NCBI RefSeq assembly: GCF_036321535.1
Contig: NC_087437.1
Location: forward strand, 32,614,001-32,678,000
Direction: 5' to 3'
Source: Camelus dromedarius
Taxonomy: Eukaryota
Length of the DNA: 64,000 nt
A program made the translations under genes and the position numbers. The notes under the pieces were generated by a model, which saw nothing but the letters and a program-made list of their open reading frames with translations, was not told where the DNA came from and searched no databases. Shown here piece by piece: positions 1 to 14,500 of the stretch (position 1 is its first letter; each line of letters starts with the position of its first letter).

Positions 1-89
1 ATTCAAAAAAAAGAAGAAAAAATGTGAAGGAATTAGAATTCCCATGCTATCATGAAATGACTTCTAAAATTGAAAATGTATATAGCTTG

Positions 90-470
90 TGGCCCAGAAA
101 TTTTATTTCTATGTATTACACCCAAGAAGATATGTACAAGGAATTTATTGCAGCATTATTTATAATAGCAAAAACCAGAACCAATCTAAATGTCTATAAA
201 ATGAGAATTGAATAAATAAAATATAGTATTTGGTGACTGTATTATGGTAAAAAATATAGTATTTGATGATTGTATAGTATAGTAAAATATAGTATTTGAT
301 TGAGTCCATCTGTGATGGGATACTATACAACTGCTAAGAAGAATGGACAAGTTCTACCTAATATCTGTATGATTGAATCTCAAAACATAATGTTAAGTGC
401 AAAAAGCAAATTGCAGAAAGAGAAATACAGTGCTCCATTTATGTACACTTAAAAAGTATACAAACCAATA
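90..470 (+). mobile_element. Old L1 (L1M-type) 3' fragment
   Basis: atgtacaaggaatttattgcagcattatttataatagcaaaaa...aatctcaaaacataatgttaagtg is typical of L1M 3' sequence. Confidence 0.7.
218..300 (+). repeat. ~33-bp tandem repeat, ~2.5 copies
   Basis: aaaatatagtatttg recurs at 218, 251 and 284. Confidence 0.8.
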
Positions 471-477
471 CTTACAG

Positions 478-775
478 ACTTGTGCTGTCATCCAATAGAG
501 ACACGTGGTTATAGAACATGTGAAACATAGAAAGTGTGACGAAGAAACTAAATTTTCAATTTAATGTATTTAATTAATTTAATTAAAACTGAAGCAATAT
601 AAAATGTTTTTCCATTAAGCATTGTTTTAATGATACTACATTTCACTTTATCTATTATATAAAATATTATTGTATAGTTGTGCATGAGTACTTTTTATTT
701 TTAAGTGTAGCTATTAGAAAAGTTCAAATTATACATGTGGTTTGCATTATATTTCTCTAAGATAGTATTGCTATA
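478..775. mobile_element. hAT-Charlie DNA transposon relic (MER33/MER3-like)
   Basis: Ends ...tgtagctattagaaaagttcaaattatacatgtggtttgcattatatttctc..., resembling the MER33 terminus. Confidence 0.6.
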
Positions 776-811
776 GATTCTTCATAAGTAAATAAGTATA
801 TTTAAAACCAT

Positions 812-947
812 TTCTGTTTGTTTGTTTGTTGGGGCAAGGTAATTAGGTTTGTTTCTTTTTTTCTTTTTAGAGGAGATACTGGGGATTAAACTCACAACCT
901 CATACATGCTGAGCACACACTCTACCACTTGAGCTATCTCCGTCCCC
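812..947 (-). mobile_element. tRNA-derived SINE (camelid Vic-1-like)
   Basis: ggtaattaggttt...ggagatactggggattaaactcacaacctcatacatgctgagcacacactctaccacttgagctat, with reverse-complement A/B boxes and a T-rich tail. Confidence 0.8.
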
Positions 948-1139
948 TAAAGCTATTTTTGAAATAGACTGAAAAGACCTATACTAAATTCATGATATTG
1001 GCTGCTTCTGGTCAGTGAGGGAGGAAAGAATGGGAACAGATACGAGAATTAAAATTAAAGGAAATTCCACTTTCTGTGGTTTTGTTTCCTTTATTCAAAA
1101 CTGATAAAGCAAAGGAGTAGATGAAACAAATATAGCAAA

Positions 1140-1240
1140 ATTTGGGGTTACATGGACATACATGTACAAAAATTCATGAATTTGTGCACTTAAGATTGTG
1201 TGCTTCTCTGTAAGTTATCCTTCAATGAGAAAGTTAAAAA
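1140..1240 (+). mobile_element. L1M 3'-terminal fragment
   Basis: ggttacatggacatacatgtacaaaaattcatgaatttgtgcacttaagattgtgtgc...ttcaatgagaaagtt followed by an A-tail. Confidence 0.6.
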
Positions 1241-2089
1241 AAATAAATTTGCTATTTAGGGTCCTTGCATCTATGTTCATAGGCAAAAGAGTCTATAACT
1301 TTCTTCTGTTATCTTGCCTGGTTTTAGCACTGAGATTACACAAGCCTCAGAACACAAGCTTGACATCTTTCACCCTTTAAGTGTTTTTTGAACCGTGGAA
1401 GAATCTCACAGAGGAACAATTAAATAAAACATGAGTGCATGTTGAATAACACAAAGCTCTGAAACATATAAGGAACCATTCTCTTATCATTACCATTGCA
1501 TTTCAATTCTTCTCTTATATACAAACTGTTTACTTCACAGTGGAAATCATTTCTGTTTGGCTTCAACAAGGACAACCCTGAAGATTCCAAATTAGTTTTG
1601 TTTGGAAAAAGAGAGCAAGAAGAGCAGGGTTTGTGGATGTGAATATCAAATATAGATCATCGTAGTTAACACAGAGATATGAATCAAGTTCTAAGTATGA
1701 TTTGGATAAAAATAAATGAGCACTCACTTGTACTTGACTCTTAGCCTGAAAGGGAATATTAAATAAGTTATGTTATGTTCCATTTCAATTTTTCTTAATT
1801 GTGGCACATTTGCTGCTCTCCAAATTGCCTTTAATATGAAAGATGAAATCATTTCAAAATACTTGTATTGAACACTGAAATGATGATATAGATGCCTTGC
1901 TTTAATAATTCTGGTATATTTTCCTAAGTCCTAAAAAAATAAAATGTGGTGGTTAAATATAATTATAACGAGTGAACAAATCACCACATTTTTATAAAAT
2001 TTAGCTACTCTGAAGCTTGAGACTTGAGTGGCAAACATCCAGGAAAAGTGTTAGAAGAACTGGCAAGGAGAGCTAGGGTAGGGCCAGGG

Positions 2090-2270
2090 GCTTTCACATT
2101 ACATTTAAGCACAAGAAAACTCCAGTGAGGAAAATATTATCCCCACTTAATTATAAAGAAACTGAGATCAGAGGTTAAGTAACATGTGAGCAATCATAAG
2201 ACCAAGAGACTCTCACATCAGGCCTTGAATCAAGCTCTCTCCTCCTCCAAGACTCACCCCCTCTCCACTT
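2090..2270. mobile_element. MIR SINE
   Basis: MIR core attatccccactt...gaaactgagatcagaggttaagtaac. Confidence 0.65.
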
Positions 2271-3529
2271 ATATCAACCAGGGAGGCAGAGGTTCCCACC
2301 CCATTTGAAAGTGAAATGGTGAAAACTGAAAAATGACTCAGAGTAATCATAGATGTACAACATTAGCTGCAACAGGCACATTTGAATGTCATCTGAACAT
2401 CTTGTGGTTTTGAAGAATTATCCCTTTTCCCAGGACGAGCAAAGTCCAAGCCCATTACATGCCACACATCTTCCAGAAGACATAAACATTTTCCCTTGTT
2501 TCTTCATTTCTCTGACTTGTCAGACATAATGAAAACAGAACAGCTTACCAGTAAGCATTGGGTTCTCTTTTTTCAATAGACTCTATTAAAGCTTAATTAA
2601 GTGACAATCATAAGACAATTAAAAATTAAAGAATAATGAAAGTTGAATGTTTTCAATACATTCGGAAAAATCACAGTTAAATGTAAATAAGAGAGAGGGA
2701 GGCAGTGAAAGGGACAATTGTTTAAACACAATAAATCACCAAGTGCACCATTTTTAGCAACTTCCCAATGAGGTGACTCTTTCGGGTCACTTTCAGTGTG
2801 TTCACACCAACACTGGGGGTGGTTGGTCCAGAGCAGTCAGAACTCCTGGCTGGAGATCTACATAAGTGCAGTCAAGGTATGGCCCTAGGTAAATCACAGA
2901 GGGGGAACTGAAGAGGGCAACTTGGGAATTCAGCCCTGGGAACTCCTAGCCTGATCAGCACACAAATCATTTAACAATCATTATTATAATTACTGCTAAA
3001 TTATTGCTGTGCTGGGGGACAGGGAGAAGGCCTATTTTTGCACTGATTTCCAAGATGACTATATAAAATTCCAGAATAAATAATTTCCTTTCCCACGACT
3101 GTCTCAGAGAAGCCAAGCCTTCCCCTGTGACTTTCATTTCCAGCTCTCTAATCTTAATTTTCCAGTGGCCTTGGGCAAGGCAATGGACTGCTCAATGCCT
3201 TAATACCTCTAGTCACTAAATAGCAATAATGATACCTACTCTTCGGGGGCTGTAAGACTGATTGTTTTAAGATTGTTAACCACTTTGGAAAAGAAATCAC
3301 TGTGGAGAAAAAATTAGCCTCTTTAGGGGCAGGCACAATATAGACCAGCGTCTTTGAGTTTTTTATTGCCCTCTTTCAATTTATTCTGGACTTCTCTCAG
3401 CTCTTCAGAGTCACTCCACTTCTTCCCACCTCAACGCCTACCCACACCTGGATCCCTATACATGAAAAATGATTCCCTCATCTTGTTCTTGCTCCACATG
3501 CCATGATTAAATCCTACATATCCTCCTGT

Positions 3530-3790
3530 CTCAGTTTAAGACACCCTTCCTCAGGAAAGCTTCAAAAAGGCAGAAAAGGTGTCTATCTTGGTCACCACTG
3601 AATGGCTAGCACCTAGCATAGCACCTGACATACAGAAAAGGCCCAATTGATATATTTTTTTTTTTTTAACGAGTATGTGTGAGATCTTGGGCAATTCATC
3701 TTAATCACTCTGGGCCTTGGTTTTCTCATCTGCAAAATAAACAGCTAAAATAAATCATCTCCAACATCATTTCAGTGTTAACATTCTGGG
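3530..3790. mobile_element. L2 3' end followed by MIR fragment
   Basis: cttggtcaccactgaatggctagcacctagcatagcacctgacataca (L2 tail) and ttgggcaattcatcttaatcactctgggccttggttttctcatctgcaaaat (MIR). Confidence 0.65.
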
Positions 3791-3886
3791 ATTATGTTTT
3801 GGGGATCTGCATCCTCTCACTGATCTTAAACCCTTTTTTAAAAATTTTATTCTGCCTGATGGAATCCACCTAACTACCAAGATCTC

Positions 3887-4325
3887 TGTGATGGTTAATT
3901 TCATGTGTCAACTTGACTGGACCACGAGGTGTCTAGATATTTAGTCAAACATTATTCTGGATGTTTCTGTTGAGGATGAGATTAACACTTAAATTGGTGG
4001 ACTTTGAGTAAAACAGATTGCCCTCCATAATGTAGATGGGCCTCATCCAATCAGTAGGAGGCCTGAATAGAACAAAAAGACCAGCCAACATCAAGCAAGA
4101 GAAAATTCCCTAGCACTCTGAACTTCATCTGCAACATCAGCCCTTCCTGGTTCCACACTGGACTACCTTGAGATTCAAATTGGAACATTGGTTTCCCTGG
4201 GTCTCCAGCCTGCCAGCACATCCTGCAATTCTGGACTTGACAGCCTCTATAGTCATGTAAGCCAGTTCCTTATAACAAATATCCATCTTGTATCTATCTA
4301 TACACATTCTATTATGTGTATATAC

Positions 4326-4375
<50 letters not shown>

Positions 4376-4416
4376 CCACATTTTGTGGTTCTGTTTCTCT
4401 GGAGAACCTTAATACA
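3887..4416 (+). mobile_element. ERVL solo LTR (MLT2-like) with internal (CA)n
   Basis: Starts TGTGATGGTTAATTTCATGTGTCAACTTGACTGG and ends ttctgtttctctggagaaccttaataCA. (CA)n at ~4325-4374. Confidence 0.85.
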
Positions 4417-5029
4417 ACCACAGTAGCCCTTTCTATCCCTAGAGAGTGGTACAGTTCTACTCCAAACTCAGGAGAGTGAATTCAGACTCTGGATTTGAAG
4501 AGCTGGAGAAAACTGGTGCTGGGTACCTGTCAGAGTCAGCAGGAACTTTACTAAGAGTGGTGCCAGGTGGTCAGCCTATTTATCTTTCCTCTATAATCTC
4601 CCAGGCTGGCACTAACCAAGGGAGAAGTGATATGAGCAACTCCAGTCCAGTTCAGTGGGTATTCAGCTTTCTGCCTTCTTGGTGGCTTGCTGCATTCTGA
4701 AATGGTCTTGGGTCTACAAAAGGACCCAGACTGAGCCCCAGTCCCTTGTACTCTTGCTCTTGCCAGTCTCCTTCCCAGGACCAAAATTAATGCCCCTGAG
4801 CCTAAGTCCAAATCAGTAGTCCTTGCTACCTGCAAACTTCCCTGATGACAAACCCCTCCAAGATCCTGGAGTGTAGTTTCCTGTTGCTGTGATTCCCTGG
4901 TTGCTGTGTTCTTGCCCTATGCAGGTCTCTTTGGATGCCAACTGAGTTGCTGGACTTCAACTTACTTTCCATTATTTTCTACACCAAAATTTGCCTGACT
5001 CTAGCTGTAGAGCAAGAAGAATATAAATT

Positions 5030-5240
5030 TTAAAGTTAACTCAGACCTAGATTCAAGTCCTCACTCCATTCTCTTGCTGTGAGACCTTGAGCATGTTTCC
5101 TGATCTCTCCAAGATTATTTCCACATTTGTGAAATAGGAATAATACTACATCAAAAAAATATGGTGAGTATTACATAAAATAAGCATGTAGATGTATACA
5201 GAACAACTAACTTACAGTTAGCACCTGATACAAAAGTTTC
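5030..5240. mobile_element. MIR SINE
   Basis: tcagacctagattcaagtcc...tgtgagaccttgagcatgtttcctgatctctc...tgtgaaataggaataata. Confidence 0.65.
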
Positions 5241-5264
5241 CCTTCCTTTCCCTGGCATCTTCTC

Positions 5265-7870
5265 TGCCTCCATACGATGGAGGACTACGAAGCAATAAAA
5301 AGGACTGAGAAAGATCTGTATAAATTGCTATGGATAGGATCTCAAAGATACAAGGCTAAGTGACGAACACCAAGTATGGAACAGTATTTGCAGAATACTG
5401 CTATTTTCACAGTAAAAAGATGTAAATATTCTATACAGATAGCTATTTCCTTCTATTTCAAAAAAAACAATGGTAGAATAAACCAAAAATGAATGTAATT
5501 AACATAATGGCTATTTCTGTAGAAACCAAGGAACAGAGTGAAGGAGATGGGTATTAAAGCTAGAGCTAAGTCTCTGAAAGAAACTTACTTGATAACTTTC
5601 ACTTTGAAATATATGTTTTATATAATAAAACATAACCAGAGAAAAGCAAAATCCCTAAAACTTGAAGCAAACTGAAAAAGAAAAAAGCTAACTTTTTTAT
5701 TGTGGTAAAATATATGTAACATAAATTTACCATTTTTACTATTTTTAAGTGTACAGTTCAGTGGCATTAGTACCTCTATTGTTTTACAACCACCACCACT
5801 ATTCATCTCCAGAACTTTTTGATCACCCAAACTTAAACTATGCACCATTAAACAAATACCTCCAGAATCCCTCTCCCCCAGCCACTAGTATCTACTATTC
5901 TACTTTCTTTCTGAAATTGACTATTCTAGATACGTCATATAAGTGAAATCATACAGTATTTGTCCTTTTTGGCTATCTTATTTCACTTCACATAATGTAC
6001 TCAAGGTTCATCCATGTTGTAGCATATGCCAGAATTCTATTCGTTTTTAGATTGAATAGTTTTCCATTGTAGGTGTATACTACATTTTGTTTATCTCTAT
6101 TCATCCATTGATGGACACTTGGGTTGTTTCCACTTTTTGGCTACTGTGAGTAATACTCTACGAACATGAATATACAAATATCTGTTCAAGCCTCTGTTTT
6201 CCATTCTCTTGGGTATATACCCAGAAGTGGAATTGCTGAAATTGAAGATTTTAATCAACCTGGTAGCATAGCCACTCAGAGAATAATTACTTCAAGTAAC
6301 TCGAAAACAAGATCACTGTATTTTTACTGTTTCTCCCTAGAGGGATATATCCTAAGAACAAAATAATAGCAAACAATGAAATAAGAAATATTAAATATAA
6401 ATCAAATAAAGAAATCAAAAATAAAATAAGTAATTATATCTATGTCATCAGGAATCAAAATTTTCATCATAAAACCAAAGAAATAGGAACATAAAATCAA
6501 AGAATATAAGGAAAACCCAGTTAGCTTGAAATTTTTCTTTTAATATAAAGAATACATATTCCTATCCAGCAAGAGGCCCAGAAGCAATGAGCATTTCTAG
6601 TGCCCAACTCATGGTCTGTAAATACAATTTTTGTCTAAAAGGAATCATGGCTCCTCGGAAAGATGGCTGATTCCAGGTCTGGGAAAGAAAATATACAAAA
6701 TGATTCTGCAACATTTTGTTGTACCAGGAAGCAAGGAAACTATCACAGAACACTGGAGTCATACCAAAAGGACAAAAGAACCAATTTCAAGGGATAATAT
6801 TGGCCAAAGATGAGAAAATTTGAGCACCTAAGAGAATAAGAACTACAGCAGATTGGAACACATCAATATATAAAATTCATGACTTCATAATTATCCCAAA
6901 AAGGAAAGAAATCTCATTATTCATTTTGGGAAATTGCAAGGGTACCAACTGATTACTCTGAAAGTCAGTAAAGGGAAATAGTTAAGCATATAGTCCACCT
7001 TTCCTCAATAAACCCTGTTTTTTGGGTAACCAAACAGTTAATAAGGGGCATTTCTTTATTAAAAAAGAATTCTACATGGTAGAAACAAAAGAAATCATTA
7101 CATTTTTAAATGATACATTTTACAATTCATGATGAAATAGTGAACCTAGGCTGTGTTCATCACCCATTATTAGGTGAACTGTTGATGAGAAATTTTATAA
7201 TGCCTATATCAGGCTGACAATACCTGAACCCACTAATCAATTTTATAATATAAAATGGGGCTTCCTGAGGGTGGGCAGAAGTGGGAGGGGGATTTAAAAA
7301 AGCAAAATGGGGCCTCCTGATATGATGCAAGAGAAAGCACACAGCAGTTCAAAACAACTGAACAACAGTCCAACTCAGTTTCAGCAAATAAATGACATTT
7401 AGGGAGGGGTGTGTAGAACTATACGATAGTCTTAAAAGACCTATCAGCTAAATGCAATGTTTGAGCCCTTTTGAATCTTGACTCAAACATACCAACTATA
7501 ATATAAACTTTTTGAGACAATTGGTAAAATTTAAACATGGGTATTAGATGATGGTAGTTTGGCTAGCTGTAACAATGGCACTGTGATTAAGTTAGGGGTC
7601 GGATTCTTATCTATCAGTGACACAAATATTTATACATGAAATGACATAATGTCTGGGATTTGCTTTAAAATACTGTAACCAAACATAAAGTCATAAGGCA
7701 TAAGGTATGGAGTATGGGGAAATAGGTGAAAAAAACTGTCAAAATATTGGATAATTATTGAAACTGGGTGATGAGCCATTTATATTCATTTCATCATATA
7801 ATTTTCTCTACTTTCATATGTGGTTTCATATATATTTTTATAATAAAAGTTAAAAATAAATGAATGAAAA
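5265..7870. mobile_element. Nested old L1 fragments (+ strand L1MC/MD-like interrupted by a minus-strand L1MB-like piece at ~5690-6240)
   Basis: 5690-6240 reads tttttattgtggtaaaatatatgtaacataaatttacc...ggtatatacccagaagtggaattgctg (reverse L1 3' end). The flanks resemble L1M 3'UTR, ending ...taataaaagttaaaaa. Confidence 0.7.
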
Positions 7871-9271
7871 CAAATAAAAAGCATTCTGTTTGTTTGGAGA
7901 GACAAAAAACAGAAGTTTAAAGAAAATAAGTTGGTTAGTTAAAATCTTTGGAGGTTTTCAAAATTCTAATTTCAATGTACCATGTGTTGGCAACAAAAAT
8001 ATGCAAACCAGCTTGGCTTTTTTTAGGATAGGAAACGTGGCTGTGTCTAGGTGGTGTCACCAGGATCCAGCCCTTAGTTTTCATGTTCAAGAACTCTATG
8101 TCATCGGTTCACAAAAAATGGCTATCTTATATCTGTCCAGGGACCAGATACTCAAAAATGCAAGCAAGGTCCCCCTTTTTATTGGACTTAGGCTTCATGG
8201 AAAGCTAACTGGTAAAATTAGAATGCATATTACAGCAAAAACTTTCAATACTAGATCTCAGACCACTGTAAATCCCAATGAATTGTTCCTATTTCCCTGG
8301 AGAGTGTCCCTTTGTAGGAAAACAGACCTTCACAGCCCACACGTAGTCAGTCTACTAGTTCAGCACTGAAGAAATTCTGATGCACTTTCTACCCTATATA
8401 AGGATCATTTCCCTTCCACTTGCACTCATCTTTACAGCACTCTTCTTATTTAACTTTTTAATGTATTATAACCACCAAGTTTATAAAATTTTTATTGCTT
8501 ATATTGTATATTGATTTCCCTCTGTGGTATAATTTGGATATATTCAAATATTAATGCATTTTTGTTAGATATTTTCATGCAAAATTTAATTATATGGCTC
8601 CACCATTTTGCTTGAAGACCCAATAAAAATTTCAGTAAGGCCATATCAGTTTCTGCCTATGTAGTAGCTTTTCATTTGGTATTAGCACTTAAGGATGGCG
8701 CCATTAATCAGTTAAGTATTTAATGAAGTTAGCTGCAGTAAAATTTCTACTCCATTCTGGTTCATCCCTAAAGTCTTTAGAAAAATAGGCTAGAAATCAG
8801 TCCCACAAGAAAGTCTAACATTTCTCTTGACTAGAGAAAAGTCACATTTTCCATATGTGAAAAATATCCTAAATAAAAACAATCAAATTTAACTCCAGGT
8901 AACCAGTTGGGTGTTGTTATATAAATACACTATCAAATAAATTTAGTCTATATGGTTTCTCACTAAAATCAGCAAGAAGTTCTCTTCTCTGTCTCCTTCT
9001 TCTTTTCAGTCGGCAAGTACTAGCAAACTAATTGCCAGATCAAAAGAGAAGTCAGAGAAGATCATCAAAAACATGAGAAGTCTGACAATTCCTCCTTAAT
9101 AGAAACTTTAGCAAAGTAAGAAACACTAGGATAAAAATGGTAGTGCTTGGTGACATTTGTTATGTCACAGAGTTTAAAGGGCAGGACTTAATTTTATGTT
9201 ATACTTTACTGCAAAATTCAAAATCCAAAGGAAGAAATAAATAACTTTTATTCAAAAGTTATTTTTAATTC

Positions 9272-10590
9272 AAATTGACTAAAGACCTAAATATAAGACT
9301 TGAAACCATAAAACTCCTAAAAGAGAACATAGGCAGAACACTCTTTGACATAAATCACAGCAATGTGGGGTTTTTTTTGGGGTGGGGGTGGGGGTTGTCT
9401 TCTAAGGCAAAAGAAACAAAAGCAAAAATAAACAAATGGGGCCTAATTAAACTTAAAAACTTTTGCACAGCAAAGGAAACCATCAACAAAACAAAAAGAC
9501 AATCTATGGAATGGAAGAAAATATTTGTAAATGATATGACCAACAAGGAGTTAATATCCAAAACATATAAGCAGCTCATACAACTTAATATCAAAAAAAC
9601 AAACAACCCAATCAAAAAATGGGCAGAAGATCTGAATAGACATTTTTCCAAAGATGATATACAGATGGCAAACAGGCACATGAAAAGGTACTCAACGAAA
9701 CGCAAATCAAAACCACCATGAGATATCACCTCATGTCTGCCAGAATGGCTACCATAAAAAAGTCTACAAATAACAAATGTTGGTGAGGATATGGAGAAAA
9801 GGGAACACTTGTACCCTGTTGGTGGAAATGTAAATTGGTGCAACTATGGAAAACAGTATAGAGGTTCCTCAAAAAACTAAAAATAGCACTAGCATATGAT
9901 CCAGCAATTCCACTCCTGGGAAGATATCTGGAAAAAGTGAAAACACTAATCTGAAAAGATACATACCCCCCCATGTTCATAGTAGCACTATTTATAATAG
10001 CCAGGCTATGGAAGTAACCCAAGTGTCCATCAACAGTTGAATGGATAAGGAAGATGTGGGGTGTGTGCGTGTGTGTGTGTGCGTGTGCATGTGTGTGTGT
10101 GTGTGTGTGTATACATATTTGCAATAAAATATTATTTAGTCATAAAAAGAATGAAATTCTCCCCTTGGCAGCAACATGGATGGACTTAGAGAATAGAATG
10201 CTCAGTGAAATAAGTCAGAAAGAGAAAGGCATCACTTAAGTGTATGACATCATTTATAAATGCAATCTAAAAAATGAAACAAGTGACTTATATATATAGC
10301 AAAAAAGAAACAAACTCACAGATATAGGAAGCAAACTAGTGATTACAAAGAGAAGAGGAAAAGGGGAGGGGCAAGACAGGGGTATGGGATTGAGAGATAT
10401 AAACTACTATGTATAAAATAGATAAGCAACAATGACATATTGTACAGCACAGGGAATTATAGTCTTTACTTTGTAATAACTTTTAACAGAGCATAATCTA
10501 TAAAAATACTGAATCACTATGCTGTACACCTGAAACTAATATAATATCATAAATCAACTATACTTCAATTTTTTAAAAGACAAAAAAAAA
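9272..10590 (+). mobile_element. 5'-truncated L1 (ORF2 C-terminus, 3'UTR, A-tail)
   Basis: ORF 9275-9721 ([24 protein letters not shown]...[25 protein letters not shown]) matches L1 ORF2. (GT)n at 10060-10110; ends aaatcaactatacttcaat plus an A-rich tail. Confidence 0.92.
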
Positions 10591-11060
10591 TTGCAACTGC
10601 AAAATACTGGAAACAACTTAATCATCCACAAGTAGGAGAATGGTTGAATAAACTATGGTATATCCACACAATGGAGTACTTAAAAGAAGAATGAGGAAAA
10701 TATTTACACACTGATGTGGGGGAATTTCTAGGACATGTTGTTAAGTGAAAAAAATATATATAAAAGAGTACTTATAAAATGACACCTTTTTATAAAAGGA
10801 AGGGTGGATAAGAAAATATACACGTGTCTGCTCATTCATTCAAAAAGAAACAGAGAGGATAAGCCAGAGACTGTTGGGATTGGTTAATCGTAAGAGGGAG
10901 GAGAGAACAGGGGGAAATAATAGAAGAAATTGGTGGAGTTGAAATGTTAACTACTCTGAGAATACCTTTTTGTACAGTATTGTCTTTTGTAACCACATAA
11001 GTGTTTCATATGCTCCTCCCCAAAAGAAAGAAAATGGATAAAATTAACACATATGGAAAA
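10591..11060 (+). mobile_element. Old L1M 3' fragment
   Basis: aaaatactggaaacaacttaatcatccacaagtaggagaatggttgaataaactatggtatatccacacaatgga. Confidence 0.65.
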
Positions 11061-11296
11061 GGGAAACTAAATAATGCATACATTGTTTTCTTTTGCCAAG
11101 AACAGTATTAACTGCATGTTTTCAAGATACAGCTTACTTGTTGGTTTTAGAAATGTTTTCTTTAGACTTTATAGTCTATTTCTTTGTTTCTACCACCATG
11201 AAAACATATATTAGTAATAGTTTGGCTTCCAAAACTGATTAGAAAAAATTTCAGAAAATTTTCTTTTGTTATAGTCAGTGAGGTAATACTTATATA

Positions 11297-11525
11297 ATTT
11301 TTTTTAATTAAGTATATTCAGTTTACAATGTGTCAATTTCTGGCTTACTGCACAATGTTTCCATCATACATATACATACATATATTTGTTTTCATATTAT
11401 TTTTCACTATAGGCTGCTACAAGATGTTGAATATAGTTCCCTATGCTATACAGAAGAAATTGTTGTTTATTTTATACACAGTATTTTATATATGGTAGTT
11501 AATCTTTGCAAATCTTGAACTCTCA
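11297..11525 (-). mobile_element. Short L1 3' end (lineage-specific family)
   Basis: Poly-T, then tttacaatgtgtcaatttctggcttactgcacaatg...gttgaatatagttccctatgctatacag. Confidence 0.8.
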
Positions 11526-14500
11526 AATAAAATTGTGTACTTCTATAAGCGACATTTGAAAACATTTGAAATCATCCTTGAGTGGGCCTAAATTTGCAGA
11601 TTCAAAGTAAATACCATGTTTTTCCCCTCTTACAGACATTGCACTCTTTCTGTTCTGTTTTTATTTAGTGTGGAGTCCTCCATGACAACCCTCATGATGG
11701 TCACTCAGCTTACCCAAAAGAAATGAGAAATTGTCAGAAGATACCTCTGAATCACAGGTAATATTTAGGATAAATTCTTTATATAAGGTGGCATTAGCCT
11801 GTTTTTCTTCTAATAGATCACTACTTATTATTTCTCTTGTTATTCCGTTGCCTGTTTGTAAAATAATAATCCTTTTTTCAGTTTCGTATTTTACAAGGGG
11901 CTTCATTCAGCTTAAATTTGAAAGACTCAACTTTCAGTTCCAGAATCTGTAAGACGAATTTTCCCATATAAATCACATTTTCTCTAAATAGTAATAAATA
12001 TGCCTGAACTACAAAACTACACAGCACATGCTAGAATTTAACCCTGACATTAAGGATTACTTTGAGACAGTCTGATCCTTAGTAAATGATTCTCCTTTCT
12101 TCTCAAAATATTATCACTGATGTTGCTATAGCTACAATGAAACAAAATCACATCATCTCAAAATTCAACTCTCTGTTGTAAAATAAGAAGCTGATCATCT
12201 ATTATGATATTAGAAATGGGATTTCAGATTTGAGAGTCTGGGGAAAATAAACCTCTAAAATCCATCTCAACTCTAAAATGTACAGCTTATGAATTATAGC
12301 ATTAATCAGGAACAAAAGCAACTTATTGATTCCTTTTTAAAACCATGAACTAAGAATTTACACAGAACAAATGTGCAAGTATTTTTTGCAGCATGCAAGC
12401 CCTCCATATATACAGTCAGTCATATCTCTTTCAAAGGACGAGGTAATAAACATCACTCATCAGAGAGCTAGGTAGTCAAGTGGGCCTGGGAGCCTGACCT
12501 GAGAGGAAACCATTCACACATTACATGGCTCAGGGCCTTGCCTCTGGGACCATGTCTTTCTCAATGTCGCTTCCATTAGAGAAGGGAAATGGCCAACTCT
12601 GCTTCAAAGAGAAGAGCCATAGATTTTCCTGCTGCTATTATAGCAGTGAGTAACACAGCCTCATCTCTTAACTCACTGGAATTTTGGCTATTTTGGTACA
12701 GGACATATAGTTCATGCATTCCTTGTCAGGGTCTCATTTTCTATATTTGTGCTTGGAAAATGCTGTGTATGTATCTTCATTGCTATAAATGAGTAGTTGT
12801 CTTTTCTCCTCTCCCTGTCTTTAATAATTCTGAAGTTCAGTGTGTAATGTTGATGGAACCATAATAAGCAAGAGTATCAATTTGAAATTTAAACCAGGAA
12901 ACAAAAATTACTAGCATGAAAACTAAATACTTGTAATCTAAAATGTATTAACCTCTTCAACAAAACTGTAATTACTGTTCAATAAGATACACAAACGTAC
13001 ACACATACAACTCACATTTAATGCACAACACGCAGTTTAGCATTTGTAAATTTACTACAAAACTAACTTCATTAAGTGAATCATGATTCCTTGTTGATTT
13101 ACTGGAAGATTAAAACTAGTCAGTGACTGTCATGAAATGGAGAATCAAATCTTATTTATCACAGTATTTAATGGAAAATAAAGCTTTGGAAAACAGCAGT
13201 AAAATATTCTAATTTTACTAATATAATTAATGTGCTAAGTTAAAATGATTCCCTTAAAAACCACTGAAAGTGAAATAATTATATCACAAATGAAAATAGC
13301 ATGAATATAAATGTCTTTGTCATCCATTTGCTTTTATCATATACTTGTAGAAATTTCTAAACTTTTGGTACTTTAGAGAAACTTTCCACTCACTCTAACT
13401 TTACATCTCGTTAAAAAAAAGTTTCACCATTTTTAACTTTGTACCTGTGCTAATCAGTGGATTTCCACTTGTAACTGAGAGTAGTGTCATCATGAGCAGC
13501 GTCTGATAAAACATCAACATGGTGGGGTTTCTTAAATGTTTAACAAATCAACAGTTGTTGAATCTTAAGATAAGCAGGAACTCTAGCAACAACAGAGGAC
13601 ATGCTATGTGGGATGTGATATGTGGGACAGAAAACCCCCATCTCACAGAAACTCAGTTAAAGGAATTCCAAAATTTAAGAAACTGGACTTTTTCACGGCT
13701 TTACTACAGGAAATGGAACCTCCAGATTTAGACACTCACAGATTAAGGAGAGAGCTATTAAAGTCACACAAACCGAGGAGGATTCAGAGCTTTTTTTTTC
13801 AATAGGTACTAACTTGTCTGTGCATTTACTAACTCACTACTACTATTCTTTCTTTTATATGTAGTCTTCTCCACATTTAAGGAAAAAAGTAACAAATATT
13901 AATGGGCAACTGAGAAAATAAAATGAGAAGACAAAATAGGAAAAGAAAGGATTAGAAATGCATCAATCTCACTGAAAGTTAAATTCACTTAATCATTCAT
14001 TCATTCGACAAATATTGACTGGAAGCCTGCTATGTATCAGGGGCTTCTTAATCCCACTTAGTCAGGATGAGCTGTGAATTCCAAACATTCATTTTCCAAG
14101 ACATTCCCTGTGTCATATCTCTAGGTTAGCAAATGACAAACTGTGGATTTTCGTTAGGACTATGAGTGTATGAAATATTTTGTGCAGCTCTACTAAGGTC
14201 ACTTGGCCACTCTCGGGTAGAGGGGTTTTCCACACCAATGGAGTGGGTACCAACAGGGCAAAGGCCAGCTTAAATGTCAATGAAAAACAAGACTGATTTG
14301 ATTTCTAAGTGGTTTATTTTAACTCTCCACTTTTCAAAGAAACATTTCAACTTCCAAATATTTCAAAGCAGCTGCTTTTATAACATTCCTACTACATGTT
14401 AGAGTTGTTGGCTCTCCCCTCATAGGAAGAAGATTGGGTGGTAGGCTTTCAATGAGAGAAGATCTATATGAATTACTTACTTCATCAGTAAGTTTGATAT

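Noticed and set aside
218..300. Spaced direct repeats superficially like a CRISPR array
   Set aside because: A simple 33-bp tandem duplication within an L1 relic in mammalian DNA; the spacers are related to each other and there are no cas genes.
870..940. tRNA-like A/B boxes (also at 17300-17365)
   Set aside because: Heads of tRNA-derived SINEs, not tRNA genes.
7890..8369. 159-aa ORF
   Set aside because: Non-ATG start, no recognisable motif and no supporting exon structure.
11661..11906. Minus-strand 81-aa ORF with protein-like composition
   Set aside because: I cannot match it to any family and see no convincing splice context. A TBLASTX or PhyloCSF run would be needed to revive it.
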